A stretch of DNA of 63,343 bases, filler included, from Polymyxa betae A26-41 (lineage: Eukaryota > Protista > Endomyxa: Phytomyxea), in NCBI GenBank assembly GCA_003693705.1. It is 5 parts of 5 records of this genome, joined end to end, with 100 filler letters (N's around TTAATTAATTAA, not from the genome) between each part and the next. Parts side by side here need not be neighbours in the genome. Positions count along the whole stretch, not along the records: positions 35,283 to 55,582 come from RBZT01000662.1; positions 55,683 to 60,746 come from RBZT01000903.1; positions 60,847 to 63,343 come from RBZT01000871.1; 2 more parts are not named here. One strand, given 5' to 3'. Every line of letters starts with the position of its first letter. The stretch's first letter is position 1. Under the pieces are notes generated by a model, which searched no databases, was not told the origin of the DNA, and was given only the letters and a program-made list of their open reading frames with translations. Made by a program: the position numbers and the translations under genes. Below are positions 51,195-63,343 of the stretch, piece by piece.

Positions 51195-52856
51195 ATGGGT
51201 CGAGGCTGGCTTTTGTATGGATTGGCGACGATGGCGTCGGGGACCTGGGCAATTGCCCATGCCTTTTTGACGCGAAGGCAATTCTACAATGCCGTCATCT
51301 ATTTAACAACTGCCAAACTGGACATCCTGGTTTGTGAATTTGTTTTTATCTTTGCCCAATGCTTTCCGTTTCAATCTATGAAGCGACTTAGCTGGAGTCG
51401 TAGATTTTAGCGAATGTGGCGTTGATGTCTGCGTTGTTATTCGGGAAAGCGCTTCAGAAATTGTTTCTGGGGCAGCTACGTGGATTTGAAGTCGAAGTAT
51501 GCAGTGTGGAAGCTCTGCGGTTTTACTGAATGTATTGCTTATAGAATCTCGTAGAGAATGGCAAGTACACCATCACAGAGACATGCCTCGCCTTGACCAC
51601 ATTCCGCCAAGACATCGATTTCCTCGGTGTGTTTCTGTTTGGATCGCTTCTCTTCTTCAAGTGCTTCCATTGGCTGCTATCTTCTCGAATCGACCATGTA
51701 CGCCGCTATCCTTCATCTTTTTTCACAATGGGTTTTGTTTTAGTTTCCGCATGGCCTGCTAAGGCAAAACTTTTAGCTTTTGTGAAACTTTTGTTTGTGT
51801 TTTCTGTTTCCGATAGTATGCTCCTAGGTTGGAAGAACACACGAATCTCATCTCTTCGATCATGTTCGGCTTGTAGCCCTATTATTATTTCTGTTCATTT
51901 GTGACTATTTACACATTTCGGGCATCATATCTAGTGGTGCTGTTTTCACTATGATGTCCACCGGAAAGGCGACAGTTCCCACCATCCATCTCCTGTTCGC
52001 TTTCGAGTTCACAATGATGCTTCTAGCGCTGGTGGTCCTCGCTCTCCAGTATGCCATATTAGTGATCGACACAACCTGTTATGATGGCCAATGGGACTTA
52101 AAACCGAGTCTCACCTTCTTTGTCGATTTCAGCTCCGATTTGATGCGATTATTTCTTTATGCCTCCTTTTTCGTCATCGTCGGGTCATATTTTGGTATCC
52201 CTCTGCATCTCATTCGCGAATTATATGTCACGTTCCAGACCTTACGGGAGCGTGTCACGAACTTTCTGCGCTACAAGCGGCTCATTCGCAACTTGAACGA
52301 ACAGTTCCCAGATGCAACTCCTGAACAGATCGCTCAACGAGCCGATGACCAGTGCATTATCTGTCGTGAGCCGATGCTTTCAGGCAAATGTCTGCCGTGC
52401 TCTCATTTATTCCACTTCCACTGTTTAAGGACCTGGCTGGAAAGGTCGAATACTTGTCCAATATGTAGGGCTCAGATTCCAGATCTTAATACCGAGCCAC
52501 GAGAAGAACAGACAGTTAATCCGCCGATTCAGGCCGTCGATAATGCTCCTCCATCCACAGCTCCGATTAATGTTCCAAGATCATCGCTTTCCGAGCCGGC
52601 GCTCGGAGCGTATCGATCGCTTTTGCACAGGCAGACGGAATCCATTCAAAGTCAGATAAAGTTTCATACCGAAAGATTGAAAGAATTGGCTCAAGAATTA
52701 GAGCAAGTCAGTTGGGTGTCGTTCGAAAAACGCTGTTACTAATGATATTTTGTTTAGATACTCGATATGCAATTGCAGTGTGACGAAGTCACTTCAGCGG
52801 CAGCTTCCGAGGAGCAGAATTCCTTTCCTCACGACGGCAATGCAGTTGCAGAATAA
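51195..52856 (+). CDS. HRD1: ERAD E3 ubiquitin ligase HRD1/synoviolin (multi-exon)
   Basis: QFYNAVIYL, ITETCLA, FKCFHW, LLFAFEF, PLHLIRELY, FPDAT and RING-H2 CIICRE...LPCSHLFHFHCLRTWLE...CPICR. Confidence 0.95.
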
Positions 52857-52987
52857 ACCTAACCGTATTCTATTTGCAGTTTGCATGTCAAGTACAGTTA
52901 ATGGTGTTATCATATGTATAGATATATGTATATATACTAAACACAGCATGCATTACAGTGGTATTGATATTAATATACCACAATGCA

Positions 52988-55352
52988 TTATCGCGTTCTG
53001 GTTGTAGATATTTCGGTGGTCGTTGTGCAGGAAGATTCCGACAGTTCATCGTGAATCGTCTCCGCCATGTTATCTTCAGGTTTGTAAGCTTTCCAATAAG
53101 CGAAATTCGCTTCCATTTCAGATACAACTGGCTGCATTGCCGGGAATATTTCGAGCCCTGCATTAAACAAAGGCCTGACGATGTAATTGATAAACCCGAC
53201 TTGGTTTTGTGATAACAAAGTTGAGCGTAAACGTCTGTCCATCAGCGGGCTCACTTCAAAGCCACGGGCGATCTCTTCATCACCTTGCTTATAGAATTCT
53301 TCAAGAACACGATTGTTCCACTGAATATGTAAATGTTTTTGCTAGGAGAATGTAAAAATGTGGTTTTGTAAAAGCATTGTAGAAAATAACATACTTTTGC
53401 AAAATGACCCAAATCGGATATCTTGATTACGATTTGCAACATCGTCATGATATCGGATTCAAACCAGTTTTTTTCGGCATCAGCAGAAGCCAATTTCGCT
53501 TTAAATGCAGAAAGTATTTCGAAATGTCTGGCCAGATCGGTAGAAAGAATCATATCAATTATGATAGCCCGAGCAGTCTTGTATTGATCGCTGGATAACG
53601 AACCGAATATGTTGGTTTGCTCAGAAGAAGCTATCCGGAATATTTCAGCAGAGTGCATATTTTCAAGCACAGTACGGTCGTTATCTAATTAAAAATGCAA
53701 GACTCCTTAATGCAAATCGATCAGTTGCTAAATAACTTACATAACATGGCTTCAGGAGATCGCGTATTTATCATAAAGGCGTTGTTGTAGCCAGGATGGG
53801 CAACGTCATGTCCCAGGCATGCAATCACTGCTGCAAAAATCTCCACAGGCTGAAGATATCTAATCCGATCGTTACTTAAAAGAATAAAGTAGAACGAATG
53901 ACAGACATCTGCACCTGAATCCAGATCAGTTAAAAACAGAATAATCAACCTTAATTTGGTAAAGAATAGTACCATGAGCGCTATTGTGATAAATCACATT
54001 GGAATAATATCTTCGCTGTAACGCTCTAAAAAATGAACGGAACACAGCAGCGTCGATCTTCAGCTCACTGAAGAGATTATGCCGATCAAAGATAGCTTCA
54101 GCCAGAAGAAAAATAGCTCTACCCTCCGTATTTCTATCAATTTCCAGGTAGTCCAGATTCCTGAAACGAGTTAAGCATTGCTAACCAGGACTTACAAGTT
54201 TTTGAACAAATTTTGTGCGAAAAGAGGTACGAAAATCTGAAATGAGAATTACCATTCTGAAAGAGTGATTTCGATCCTGTGTTTATCACTGTCGGATCGA
54301 TCCATTATAGCGGGAGTTAAGATATTAGCGTTTGAAGCTCTGGTTGGCTGCCTTTTCATCCTGGACGCCGGATCTGCTGTGAACTCCAAGTATTTCACAG
54401 CAGCCTGATCAGCAGCAGCTGGAAGAGCCGGCTTTAGAAGTGCCTCGGCATGGACACTTAAAAGCTTCATGACTTCTTCTAGATCAGAGGCGATATCGCC
54501 ATCAGATGCTGCAATAGCCAAATTCAATTTGGACATAACCCTATCCAAAGGCGTGTTGATAGCCACATCGTTTTTTAATCTCTCCTGCAACTGCCGGTTC
54601 TCTTTTTGAATCCTTCTGATGTAGGAGACTTCAGCTTTACGGAAGATTTCGTTTTGAAAAGAAGCATGGCAGAATATAAAGGATAAGACCACAAGAAAAA
54701 TAGCTGATGCAAAGCGGTCTACCCAAGACGCATTGCTCAATATAAGCAAAATTAAATACACGAAATTGGCGCAGATTGTGAATATCAAACACTGCCAGAA
54801 TCTGATTCTAATTGAAGACGAAACCAAGCCCAAGACGCTCAAGGTAGAATAAACAGACCATCGTTGCGTAGACTGATTGCCGCCAATTTGAGAAGAAATC
54901 AAAATTCCTATCAGAGCGGAGCTGACGCTGCCTAAGAGAAATTTCGCAGCATGAGGTTGGGTCAACTGCCAAGAAATTCCCAGTAGCATGGCGCTGAACA
55001 TGAAGAGCGCGGCTTGTAAAATAAGAGAGACCTTAATTAAGAGCTGCTCTGTATCGTCACTAGCTTTAGACAGGGTTTCTACAGCATCAAGGATCCGTAA
55101 TGTGATTATCAGTAGAGCAGCCGATAGCAATGAAAGCAATCGAGCGTGTGATACAGAAGGGTTCTTCGCCTGGACTTCAACCTCAACGTAGCTAACAGCA
55201 CGAGACGCCATTCTGCTTGAAGCAGGCTCATCCATTGGAATACGCAAGCTAGAACTATGTCCACCAGACGGAATGTCATCGTAAGGACGAGGGCTTATTC
55301 TCTTTCTGCTAAAATACGAGAGATTCCATCCTGAGCGCAGCGCTTGCGCCAT
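52988..55352 (-). CDS. Class I 3',5'-cyclic nucleotide phosphodiesterase with N-terminal transmembrane helices (multi-exon)
   Basis: YHNSAH, HDVAHPG, ENMHS, TDLARH, SDLGH, EFYKQGD, QVGFI; about 6 hydrophobic segments in exon 1. Confidence 0.93.
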
Positions 55353-55461
55353 ACAGCGCGAGAAAGCGCAGGAGGCGGGAAGATTGGAGCAATGATGATA
55401 TTGATATGAGATCAGACAACGGTACTAATAATGGCATAATGGATTATCGACATTATATAGT

Positions 55462-55582
55462 AAATGTACCTTTTGTATAATGGGTCAGCAAGTTATTAAA
55501 AATAGTAAGCTTAACTTTAATAAAAGGTAGGCGTAGCGAAAGCGAGTTTTAAATAAGCATAAAATTATTTTTAATAGTACCC
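55462..55582 (+). rRNA. Fragment of organellar (mitochondrial-type) LSU rRNA; NUMT or misassembled read
   Basis: gtaccttttgtataatgggtcagc and gtagcgaaagcgagt are conserved bacterial-type 23S rRNA segments, here in AT-rich context at the contig end. Confidence 0.8.
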
Positions 55583-55682
55583 NNNNNNNNNNNNNNNNNN
55601 NNNNNNNNNNNNNNNNNNNNNNNNNNTTAATTAATTAANNNNNNNNNNNNNNNNNNNNNNNNNNNNNNNNNNNNNNNNNNNN
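55583..55682. other. Artificial contig linker
   Basis: N run + TTAATTAATTAA + N run. Confidence 0.98.
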
Positions 55683-55691
55683 GTTTTTGAC

Positions 55692-56128
55692 TGTAATGCC
55701 AGCCGTCTTTGACTCTGTCCAAGTCGTCGTCGACCCTGTCCAAGTCGCCTGGTCCACTGTCGACTCCTCGAGTGGCCTGCAGCCAGTCAGCGTCCTATTT
55801 AATCGCCTGATCTCGTCCTATATAAATCATTCTTCAATCTGATTGCTTCTGTTCACATCTTGTTCGCCTGCAAAGTAGCTAGTTCCCTTCGTCCCCTTCA
55901 GCTAGCCTCAGTCACTCCCCTTACACGTCTCACCCGTCTTCTCCGCCGTCTCTGTCTTCTCCGCCGTCTCTGTCGTCTCCGCCGTCTCTGTCGTCTCCAC
56001 CGTCTCCGCCTCCTCTGACGTCTCCGTTCTCTCCGTCGCCCCCACCACCCCTGCCATCTCCGTCTCTCTCCGTCGTCCCTATCGTCTACCGCTCTACAAT
56101 AAACAGAATTACTTGACCGTTCGTAACA
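55692..56128 (+). repeat. Probable LTR with an internal CT-rich minisatellite
   Basis: TGTAA...TATATAAA...(ccgccgtctctgtc-like ~20-bp repeats)...AATAAA...TAACA; no matching TSD. Confidence 0.5.
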
Positions 56129-56412
56129 AGTACTGCATTGCTTTTATGAATGCAAGGAAAACCAAGAGCGAAGGCGATGATTACTCAACAATGGGAGGAA
56201 GAAATTGTTCGTATTAATGACTACATTCTACTCATATTGAGCAAACAAGGGGAGTACAGCGACTATACAATGCCAGAGGTACAGATATCGATCATATAAT
56301 GGACTTGGTAATGGAAGGAGATCCATGACATTAATTGAAATCATAATCATAAAAATTATAAAATCATATTCAATTCACGACATCTTCGGGTTTTTATTGT
56401 CGTATAATATTA

Positions 56413-57010
56413 ATGAAATACCTAGATTTAAATAATTATGAAGACTTATAAAAATCAATAAAAAGGGAATTATCAAAAACAGCAATGGAATAGTAATCAA
56501 ACCATGGATTAACGAGGACGGATACCTGCAGGTGCCTCTCTATAAGAATGGGAGGAAGCAAAATCACTAATCGCCTGGTGTGTAAGCAGTGGTTGCCGAA
56601 CCCACAGCGTTGTCAGAGCCATGTCTGCGCAGCCCCCGTTGGCGCAGCCCGCATACAGGCCGCGCGCAGTTCATGGAAAGTCTGGCGCAACCCTGGCAAA
56701 GCAACAGTCGACAGAGCGACTGGAGCGTCGTTCGACCCCCCACTGTAACCGTCTTGTCGTCAAGTTCGCCGCCGCCCCGCAGTCGCTAAGCGTGCCCCGG
56801 CATGCATTTAAATTCATACTTGTAATTGCCTTATAAAAGTAACATCAATCGCTTCCAGCTCCTGCCTCGTTGGGTTCTGCCTCGCCCTCGTTCGTCCTTG
56901 ACAAGCGTCTGAAGGAGGCAGATCACATCAACCGCGATCGAAAAGACAACAGACTATCTAATCTACGATGGATAGACAGAGAAGGTAATAATTTGAATAG
57001 GATTTTATAG
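56413..57010 (+). pseudogene. NUMOD4-HNH homing-endonuclease-like gene, split by a solo LTR
   Basis: Reconstruction with 2 frameshifts and the LTR removed: MKYLDLNNYEDLxKINKKGIIKNSNGIVIKPWINEDGYLQVPLYKNGRKQNH/NRLVCKQWLPNPQRLKEADHINRDRKDNRLSNLRWIDREGNNLNRIL*. Confidence 0.85.
56611..56903. mobile_element. Solo LTR
   Basis: TGTCA...TGACA termini with a perfect 5-bp TSD agcgt (56606-56610 and 56904-56908). Confidence 0.9.
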
Positions 57011-57213
57011 GTATATTAATGTTTTCTGTTTTCATATGATATTTAATCTCTCGTTCGTCCTTGACAAGCGTCTGAAGGAGGCAGATCACATCAACCGCGA
57101 TCGAAAAGACAACAGACTATCTAATCTACGATGGATAAGACAGAGAAGGTAATAATTTGAATAGGATTTTATAGGTATATTAATGTTTTCTGTTTTCATA
57201 TGATAATTAATCT
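56887..57213. repeat. Near-perfect ~163-bp tandem duplication
   Basis: 56887-57049 is repeated from 57050 with two small differences. Confidence 0.9.
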
Positions 57214-57769
57214 GTTATAATGTATAGATGTTTGAGGATCTTCATGTCCAGATAGAACATCTGCAGAACGACGATAGTGTCAGCAAACTTTCAGAATAAG
57301 AAAAAAAAATGCAAACAGAGAAATGGCTCGAAATAGTGACGAAGCCAAAAAACGAATATAGTGCCGAAACCCAAACAACTGAGAAATAGGAGAAAGTATG
57401 CTAAGCTAGGAAATAATACAATTATAAGTCTTATAAAGTTTAAAAACACTCAATCCAAACAAGAAATTGTCAGAATTTGTGTGACATTACCTTGAAGCGA
57501 ATATCGTTGCACGGCTTGGTAGAGAGAGGATTGCAGCAAGTTGAATATTTGAGCTGATGCAGCTACGGGTTGACATCGAGTCAAATTTGAGCAGAAGTAT
57601 GTCAGAATTGGGCGGTGCCGTTAGGGTTTTACGTCTGAAGCTGCACATGTAAGGAGCCGTTGTATGAAGGTAGCGATAGGAGTAATTCTATCGCTCTCAT
57701 CATACATTAGATGGACATAGACCATACAAATTATGGACAACTGCTTCTGATTACCAAGTATAAACCGGA

Positions 57770-59700
57770 ATTTATAACCTAAAAATTCAACTTCCTGAAC
57801 GTGGAAAAGACATTTCTCCATTCTCGCATATAGTTTAGATTCTTGAAGGCGTCCTAATACGGTTCTGACATGAACTACGTGCTCTTTCAACGTTGGAGAA
57901 TAAATTAATATATCGTCTAGGTATACCACCACGAATTTGTCTATAATATCACGGAGGATGTCATCCATCAAGTGTTGGAAACAAGCCGGAGCATTTGTTA
58001 GGCCGAATGGCATGACAAGATACTCGAAGAGACCGGTGTTCAAAAGGCAGTTTTTCTTTCGTCGCCTTCTTTGACACGGACCAGATTATAGGCGCCTCTG
58101 AGGTGTAGTTTGCTGAAAATTACACCTTGGCTGGCTTTCGAAAGAATGTCGCTAATCAACGGCAGGGGATAACGGTTCGTTATCGTGATTGCATTGATTT
58201 TCCTGAAATCCACGCATAGCCGTAGGCTTTTATCATTTTTTACCTGGAACATGACTGGCGAACTACAGGAAGACCGAGATGGACGAATGAATCCTTTTAC
58301 CAAATTCTCCTGAATGTACTCCTAGGCCTGTAATGCTTGAGTCTCGGATGGTGACAATCGATATATCGGTCCGAGGGGGGGCATTGTGTTTGGTTTATTT
58401 TCAATTCGATCGAGCAGTCGTAAAGCCGATGTGGCGGCAGAACATCGGCGGATGATTTTAAAAACACATCTCGATGCTCCTCGTAAAAGGTTTTCAAAAC
58501 CTGTGAAGGAGTCTCGCTTTGACTACAGGTAGATTCGCTGGCTGCTAACGAAAGAAGCGGGATAACCGGAGATCGTTGTCGTATACTTGACAAAATTGTG
58601 CTCGCTCGCCAATCGATTCTCGGGTTATAAGCACGCAACCAGTCAAGTGCTAAAATAACATCGTAATAGGAGCGTTCAAGTATATAAAAGGAGAATTCAC
58701 TAAGAAATTCACAAGCCTCCAGAACAATGGGGCCGGCAAAGAGGGAGCACTTGCGTGCTGTCCCGTCGAAGGTGTGTATAGAGACTGGTTGCTGTAAGAA
58801 AGTTTTCTGAATTCTGTAGCGCTCCACAAGGGTCTCGGAAACAAACGACGCGCCGGCCCCACTATCGACTAAAACGTTCACTGGGAACGGCGAATCGGCA
58901 ATTTGGATTCTACCAGAAACAATGAATACTAAATACTGCGAATTGATGTTGTTTAAAGGTGCTGAATGTTTTGTTGGGGCAGACATCGGGGAAGTCGTAT
59001 TCTGCTGAGGCCGTTTAAGGCAGGCGGCGATAAAATAACCCTCCGCTTTGCAATAAGCGCAGCGGTTCTCGGATCGAGGGTGGTCTCTTTTTTCGTCGGA
59101 GCGCTCATTGCGTCGTGCAACAAACCGGCTAGCGGCAGTGATGACGGCTTCCTATGACGTATTCGTCAGCGCTCCACAATCTTCCAGAATTTTCAAGTAA
59201 TCATCAACGTCAGAAGTCAGCCCTTCTCGAAACTGATCGACAAGAGCACTCACAGTCCAAAAGACATCTCTAGAAAGTAATCAAAATCGGGTTTCGTACT
59301 CTGTGAAGGTTGAAAAATCTTTCTGTTTCAAATTCTTCAAAGTTTTAACAGACGACCGCCGGCGGTTGGGATCGTCGAACGACTGCCGTAATGCTGTCAA
59401 AAATTGTTCCAAATCATCCAATATTGGAGAATGCGCCTCGATATAAGGCAAAAACCAAGCAGCTGCCGAGCCCGTCATGAGGCTAGTATATTTTCCAACC
59501 CGTAAAGTATCGGTACTGAACGATAGAAGATAAATCCGAATATAATTCTCCACCTGGGCCGACCAGGCCCGAAACTTGGAAACTTCGCCGTTACATGCAG
59601 GCGGTCTGGGAAGGTCAGGAATACGAGCCGATTGTACGACGGGCTCGCGATGCGGAATGTGTTGCTGGAGAATCAAGAGCTCTCGATGAATTGACTCCAT
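57770..59700 (-). mobile_element. Degenerate Ty3/Gypsy gag-PR-RT fragment
   Basis: gag (PPACNG...AAAWF, CAYCK), [19 protein letters not shown]...VYLDDILI; truncated after VEFLGY. Confidence 0.9.
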
Positions 59701-59749
59701 TGTTATTGGTTGTATTGGATGAGGGGTAGGATCAGTCGCTGTCGCAACA

Positions 59750-60110
59750 GTGTCATATCATTCACGTCCAGCTATGAAGCTGAACTATGTGCTATTCAGA
59801 TCGACTTCATAATACCATAGACCTGAATCCTCAGAATCAATCTATACATCTCTTTACAGATTCACTGTCATGTATGCAACAGCTTGTCACGTTACCATAT
59901 AAACCTCGATGTGTCAATGATACAGTGGCATATTGTGCTGATCAACTAGCGATATTGACAGCCAATAATTCAGTAAAAATTAATTTTGTACCAAGTCAGA
60001 CCAAACCAATATTCCAGAAAGCGATAAAATAGACAAACTGGCAAAGACTGCTCTGAGGAGTGGTGAACCATTAGACCATGACCCGTTTGTTGGTTCTTAC
60101 AGATTATTCC
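59750..60110 (+). mobile_element. LINE RNase H fragment
   Basis: SSYEAEL.AI, HLFTDSLSC, NFVPS, DKLAK; related to 19238-19807. Confidence 0.7.
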
Positions 60111-60746
60111 TCCACAAAGTTCCATGACATTTAAACAAAAAGCAAAGTGAGCGCGGTGATTCGAACTCGAGACCTCTCGATGCTTTGTGGATTGAAACTA
60201 CAAATTTCAAAAAAAAAACGTTTTGGGAGCCAGCACGTCTCCATTGTTGTATCGGGGTCGAGGACCCTGCTGTTGACGAGGTGTCGTTTCCTGGCTCCGG
60301 AATGGCTCTGTTCGTCTCTGTGCGGAAACGCCCCAAAACCAAACGAAATCAGATGACAAAATCTTCGGAATTTCAACCCTGGTCTCGTTCGCATCCGATT
60401 TCTCTTCGTTCAATGTCTTCATTCTTACATCTGCGATTTAACATGATTGCGCGTTCGCAGTCGATGACGGCTCTTCCATGTCGGTGATCCGATCCGGATA
60501 TTTATCGTACGGACCGATCTCGGTATGACGCCAAATTACCGATTCGTCGAGCTCATCGAAATTTACAGTATTACCAGCCTCAAAGGACGCCTTCGGATCT
60601 CAAAGACATCCTTCTAATTTTCTTTTGAAATTTTATTTCTTAAAAAAAAACATCGTCAGATGTCTGGATGGAGCATCTGTCGATTGGCTTCACAAAGCGC
60701 GAAAAAAAGCTCCGAACAGTGACAACGGAGGCACGCAGTTTCCCCC

Positions 60747-60846
60747 NNNNNNNNNNNNNNNNNNNNNNNNNNNNNNNNNNNNNNNNNNNNTTAATTAATT
60801 AANNNNNNNNNNNNNNNNNNNNNNNNNNNNNNNNNNNNNNNNNNNN
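60747..60846. other. Artificial contig linker
   Basis: N run + TTAATTAATTAA + N run. Confidence 0.98.
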
Positions 60847-61429
60847 GGATGAAATTTCGTGGCTAATTTTAAAGATCGACAAGACAATGGTGAAGTGCTT
60901 TTTGGAAAAGGCTCAGTCAATTATACTCAGATACGACAAAGGCACTGAACAGGAATCGAAGACATGATAGAAAAAAAACTCCAAAAGCAAGAGATATTTC
61001 GAGTATTGCTTTGGCAAACCATAACTGCACTATAGACTGGCTGACATCATTGAAGATGCGATTAGTTCAGAATACATTCAATCCAGTCGTTATGGTTTTC
61101 CAGATTGCGAAGCCAAAGCACAGGAAACAGGCTGGAATTGGCTTGGTGATGTAGCCTGTGAAAAAGTTCTCGTTTGAGGCTCCACCACAAAATTCAGAAC
61201 AGTAATGTGCTGGAAACTTCAGACAAAATTCTAGAAAATTTCAAAACAAGGAATCTAATTGTAAAAAAGGGACAGCTGTTCTTGCTGCAAAAACACTCTT
61301 TTCGTAACCAGACACAAAATACCTATCAGCAGCGACTTCCTTAAGAAAGGAGGGCAGATATATTGAAATGGTTTAAGCAGATTGATGAATTGATACAATG
61401 GGATGAATTGAAAAACGAATTTAAGAAAG

Positions 61430-63343
61430 TTAGAGTGGGTTGTAGAGCTGCACGAAATGAGCGTTCGGATCGTGCTTCGACTTATAGGCAATAGATAAGA
61501 AGATCTGCTCCAGTGTGGCTTCTCCAACGATAGCATCCTGAACAGGAATATCACGGCCGTGTTCATGAACGAATGCGAACAGGGAAGCCAACGATTGCAC
61601 TTGCGCTTTTGGAATCCAGAATCGCAGATGAGTTCCATCAGCTTCAACCAGGAAGGAGCGAGGATACTGGTTTGAGAACCAGTTACGAATCTCACCAACA
61701 TGTTCTCGAGCGGTGGCGTTCAGATCAATTTGGTAATGATTACCAAATTTACGTGAGAGATGGCTGGCGCTTCCCAGACAGACGATCTCTCCGTTGACCA
61801 TGATTGAGATACGATCACAGACAGCTTCGGCTTCATCCAGCTGATGAGTAGTCAAGAGCAGACAGCGGCTAGGGTCGGCTTGAATTTCAGCGAACATTGC
61901 CCAAAATCGACGTCGACTGGCAGGATCCACACCGGTAGAAGGCTCATCCAGCAGCACCACGTTGCGCTTGATCATGAGGGCCAGAGCGACACAAAGCTTA
62001 CGCTTCATTCCGCCAGAATACGTTTCGCTTCGGCGATCAGCTGCCTTGTCAAGACCAACATTGAAAAGCATGTTGTCGACCAATTCAGATCGAATATCTT
62101 CCGGGACACCCTGAAAAACGAATCAAAATTATGCAAAAAGCTAGAAAAAGATATCAAATATCATAATGAAGATTGAGCTTAGAAACTTGAAAGGAAAATG
62201 CAAACTTACTGCTAATCGAGCGAAAAACGTCAACTGCTGCCTTCCACTCATCTTTCCAATGAGAATTTTGTCATGCTGAGGGACATAGCCAATATGTTGA
62301 CGAGCCGCGGACTCGTCCTCGTTAACATTGATGCCGGCAACCTTGACATAACCACGAGATGGAGCAGAAATACCAAGCATGCACTGAATCGAGCTCGTTT
62401 TCCCACTTCCATTGATACCGAGGAAAGCCAAAGATTGTCCTCCGGGAACTCCCACATTGATTCCTCGAACAGCAACAGTCTTGTTGTAGGATTTCGCCAA
62501 ATCCACAACCTGAAGAACGTCATTTGCTCCTGACTTGATTCGGTTGGATTCCAAGAGGACGTCTTCGTCAGATACGCGCCCAGTTTCCAGTCCAGTAAGA
62601 GGGCTGCTAAACGAAGCCAGACGATTTGGATGCAAGCGATGATACTCAGCAACAATGGCGACAGCGAAGTAAATAACTCCCATCACGATGAAAAGAATAA
62701 TCAGAGTAGACTGCGGAATTTCATCGGTATCAAAACTTCGAACAAGAAACAGGATAATAGGATGGATTTGGCAAGCTTGTACAACGTATCTCAAGAACGG
62801 CAGATGTCGTATGAAGAACGCTGGCCCGACAAATAGAATCACAACCGGGACCCAAGCGGCCTTAAAAGGACTGATGGAGTTTGAAGCCGATCGGATGCAA
62901 GCCATGAAGCCAACCAAAGCAAACACCAGTGCTGAAACAGTGCTGGGTGAATACTGAACAAGGATTGGTTGATCCGAGAAGTGCCAGATCGACATAATGA
63001 TCGCAAACGGGATGGCTGTTTGAAGCAGATTGAAGGCGATGATGGTAGCCCAGTAGACAAAAGAATTCATTCCAAAAATATCCAATTGTAACCGGATGTC
63101 AGATTGCTGTGGACATGTCAGATCGCATTTAATAAATGTTGGAGTTCTTACAGTAAAATGTGAAAGATTTGAGCAAGCATGGGGTGCACATACATAACAC
63201 GAAAGCGCAATGGCAAGATACATTAAATCCATATCTAACGACCAGAAAATCACTGAAAGTGAAATCGGAAAGAACATCGACAGATGATGACCAATATCCG
63301 AGCGGAAATAGTGCCAGATTAGAATTAGAATGGAGATGAAATG
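61430..63343 (-). CDS. ABCA-subfamily transporter, C-terminal TMD + NBD (5' part outside the window)
   Basis: Walker A GINGSGKTS, GYVPQHD, YSGGMKRKL, LLDEPSTGVDP, LTTH..DEAEAVCDRI, TLEQIF; intron ~62113-62207. Confidence 0.93.

Noticed and set aside
60145-60200. Box-B-like GTTCGAATC on the minus strand suggesting a tRNA or SINE
   Set aside because: No cloverleaf or box A could be folded.

Overview
Eukaryotic (protist-like) draft assembly with short GT-AG introns. It consists of five contigs joined by artificial 100-nt N/TTAATTAATTAA linkers (8363-8462, 35183-35282, 55583-55682, 60747-60846), so adjacency across linkers is not evidence. Roughly half of the window is nested, mostly decayed transposons: several Ty3/Gypsy, one Ty1/Copia, hAT, MULE, pogo-like and LINE remnants. 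Many have termini and target-site duplications (TSDs) readable to the base. Housekeeping genes: APC5, UDP-glucose dehydrogenase, casein kinase 1, GCP3, a CPA2 antiporter, HRD1, a membrane-anchored cyclic-nucleotide PDE, an ABCA transporter and tRNA-Trp. Most notable observations: (1) a phage/giant-virus-type NUMOD4-HNH endonuclease gene that appears only after removing a solo LTR; (2) a small secreted Arg/Pro/aromatic peptide resembling proline-rich antimicrobial peptides; (3) a signal peptide + F-box effector candidate; (4) a GGGAAAC -1 frameshift signal and possible self-priming in a Gypsy element; (5) a mitochondrial-type LSU rRNA fragment; (6) a chimeric Copia. All calls come from reading the sequence by eye; no database searches were run.
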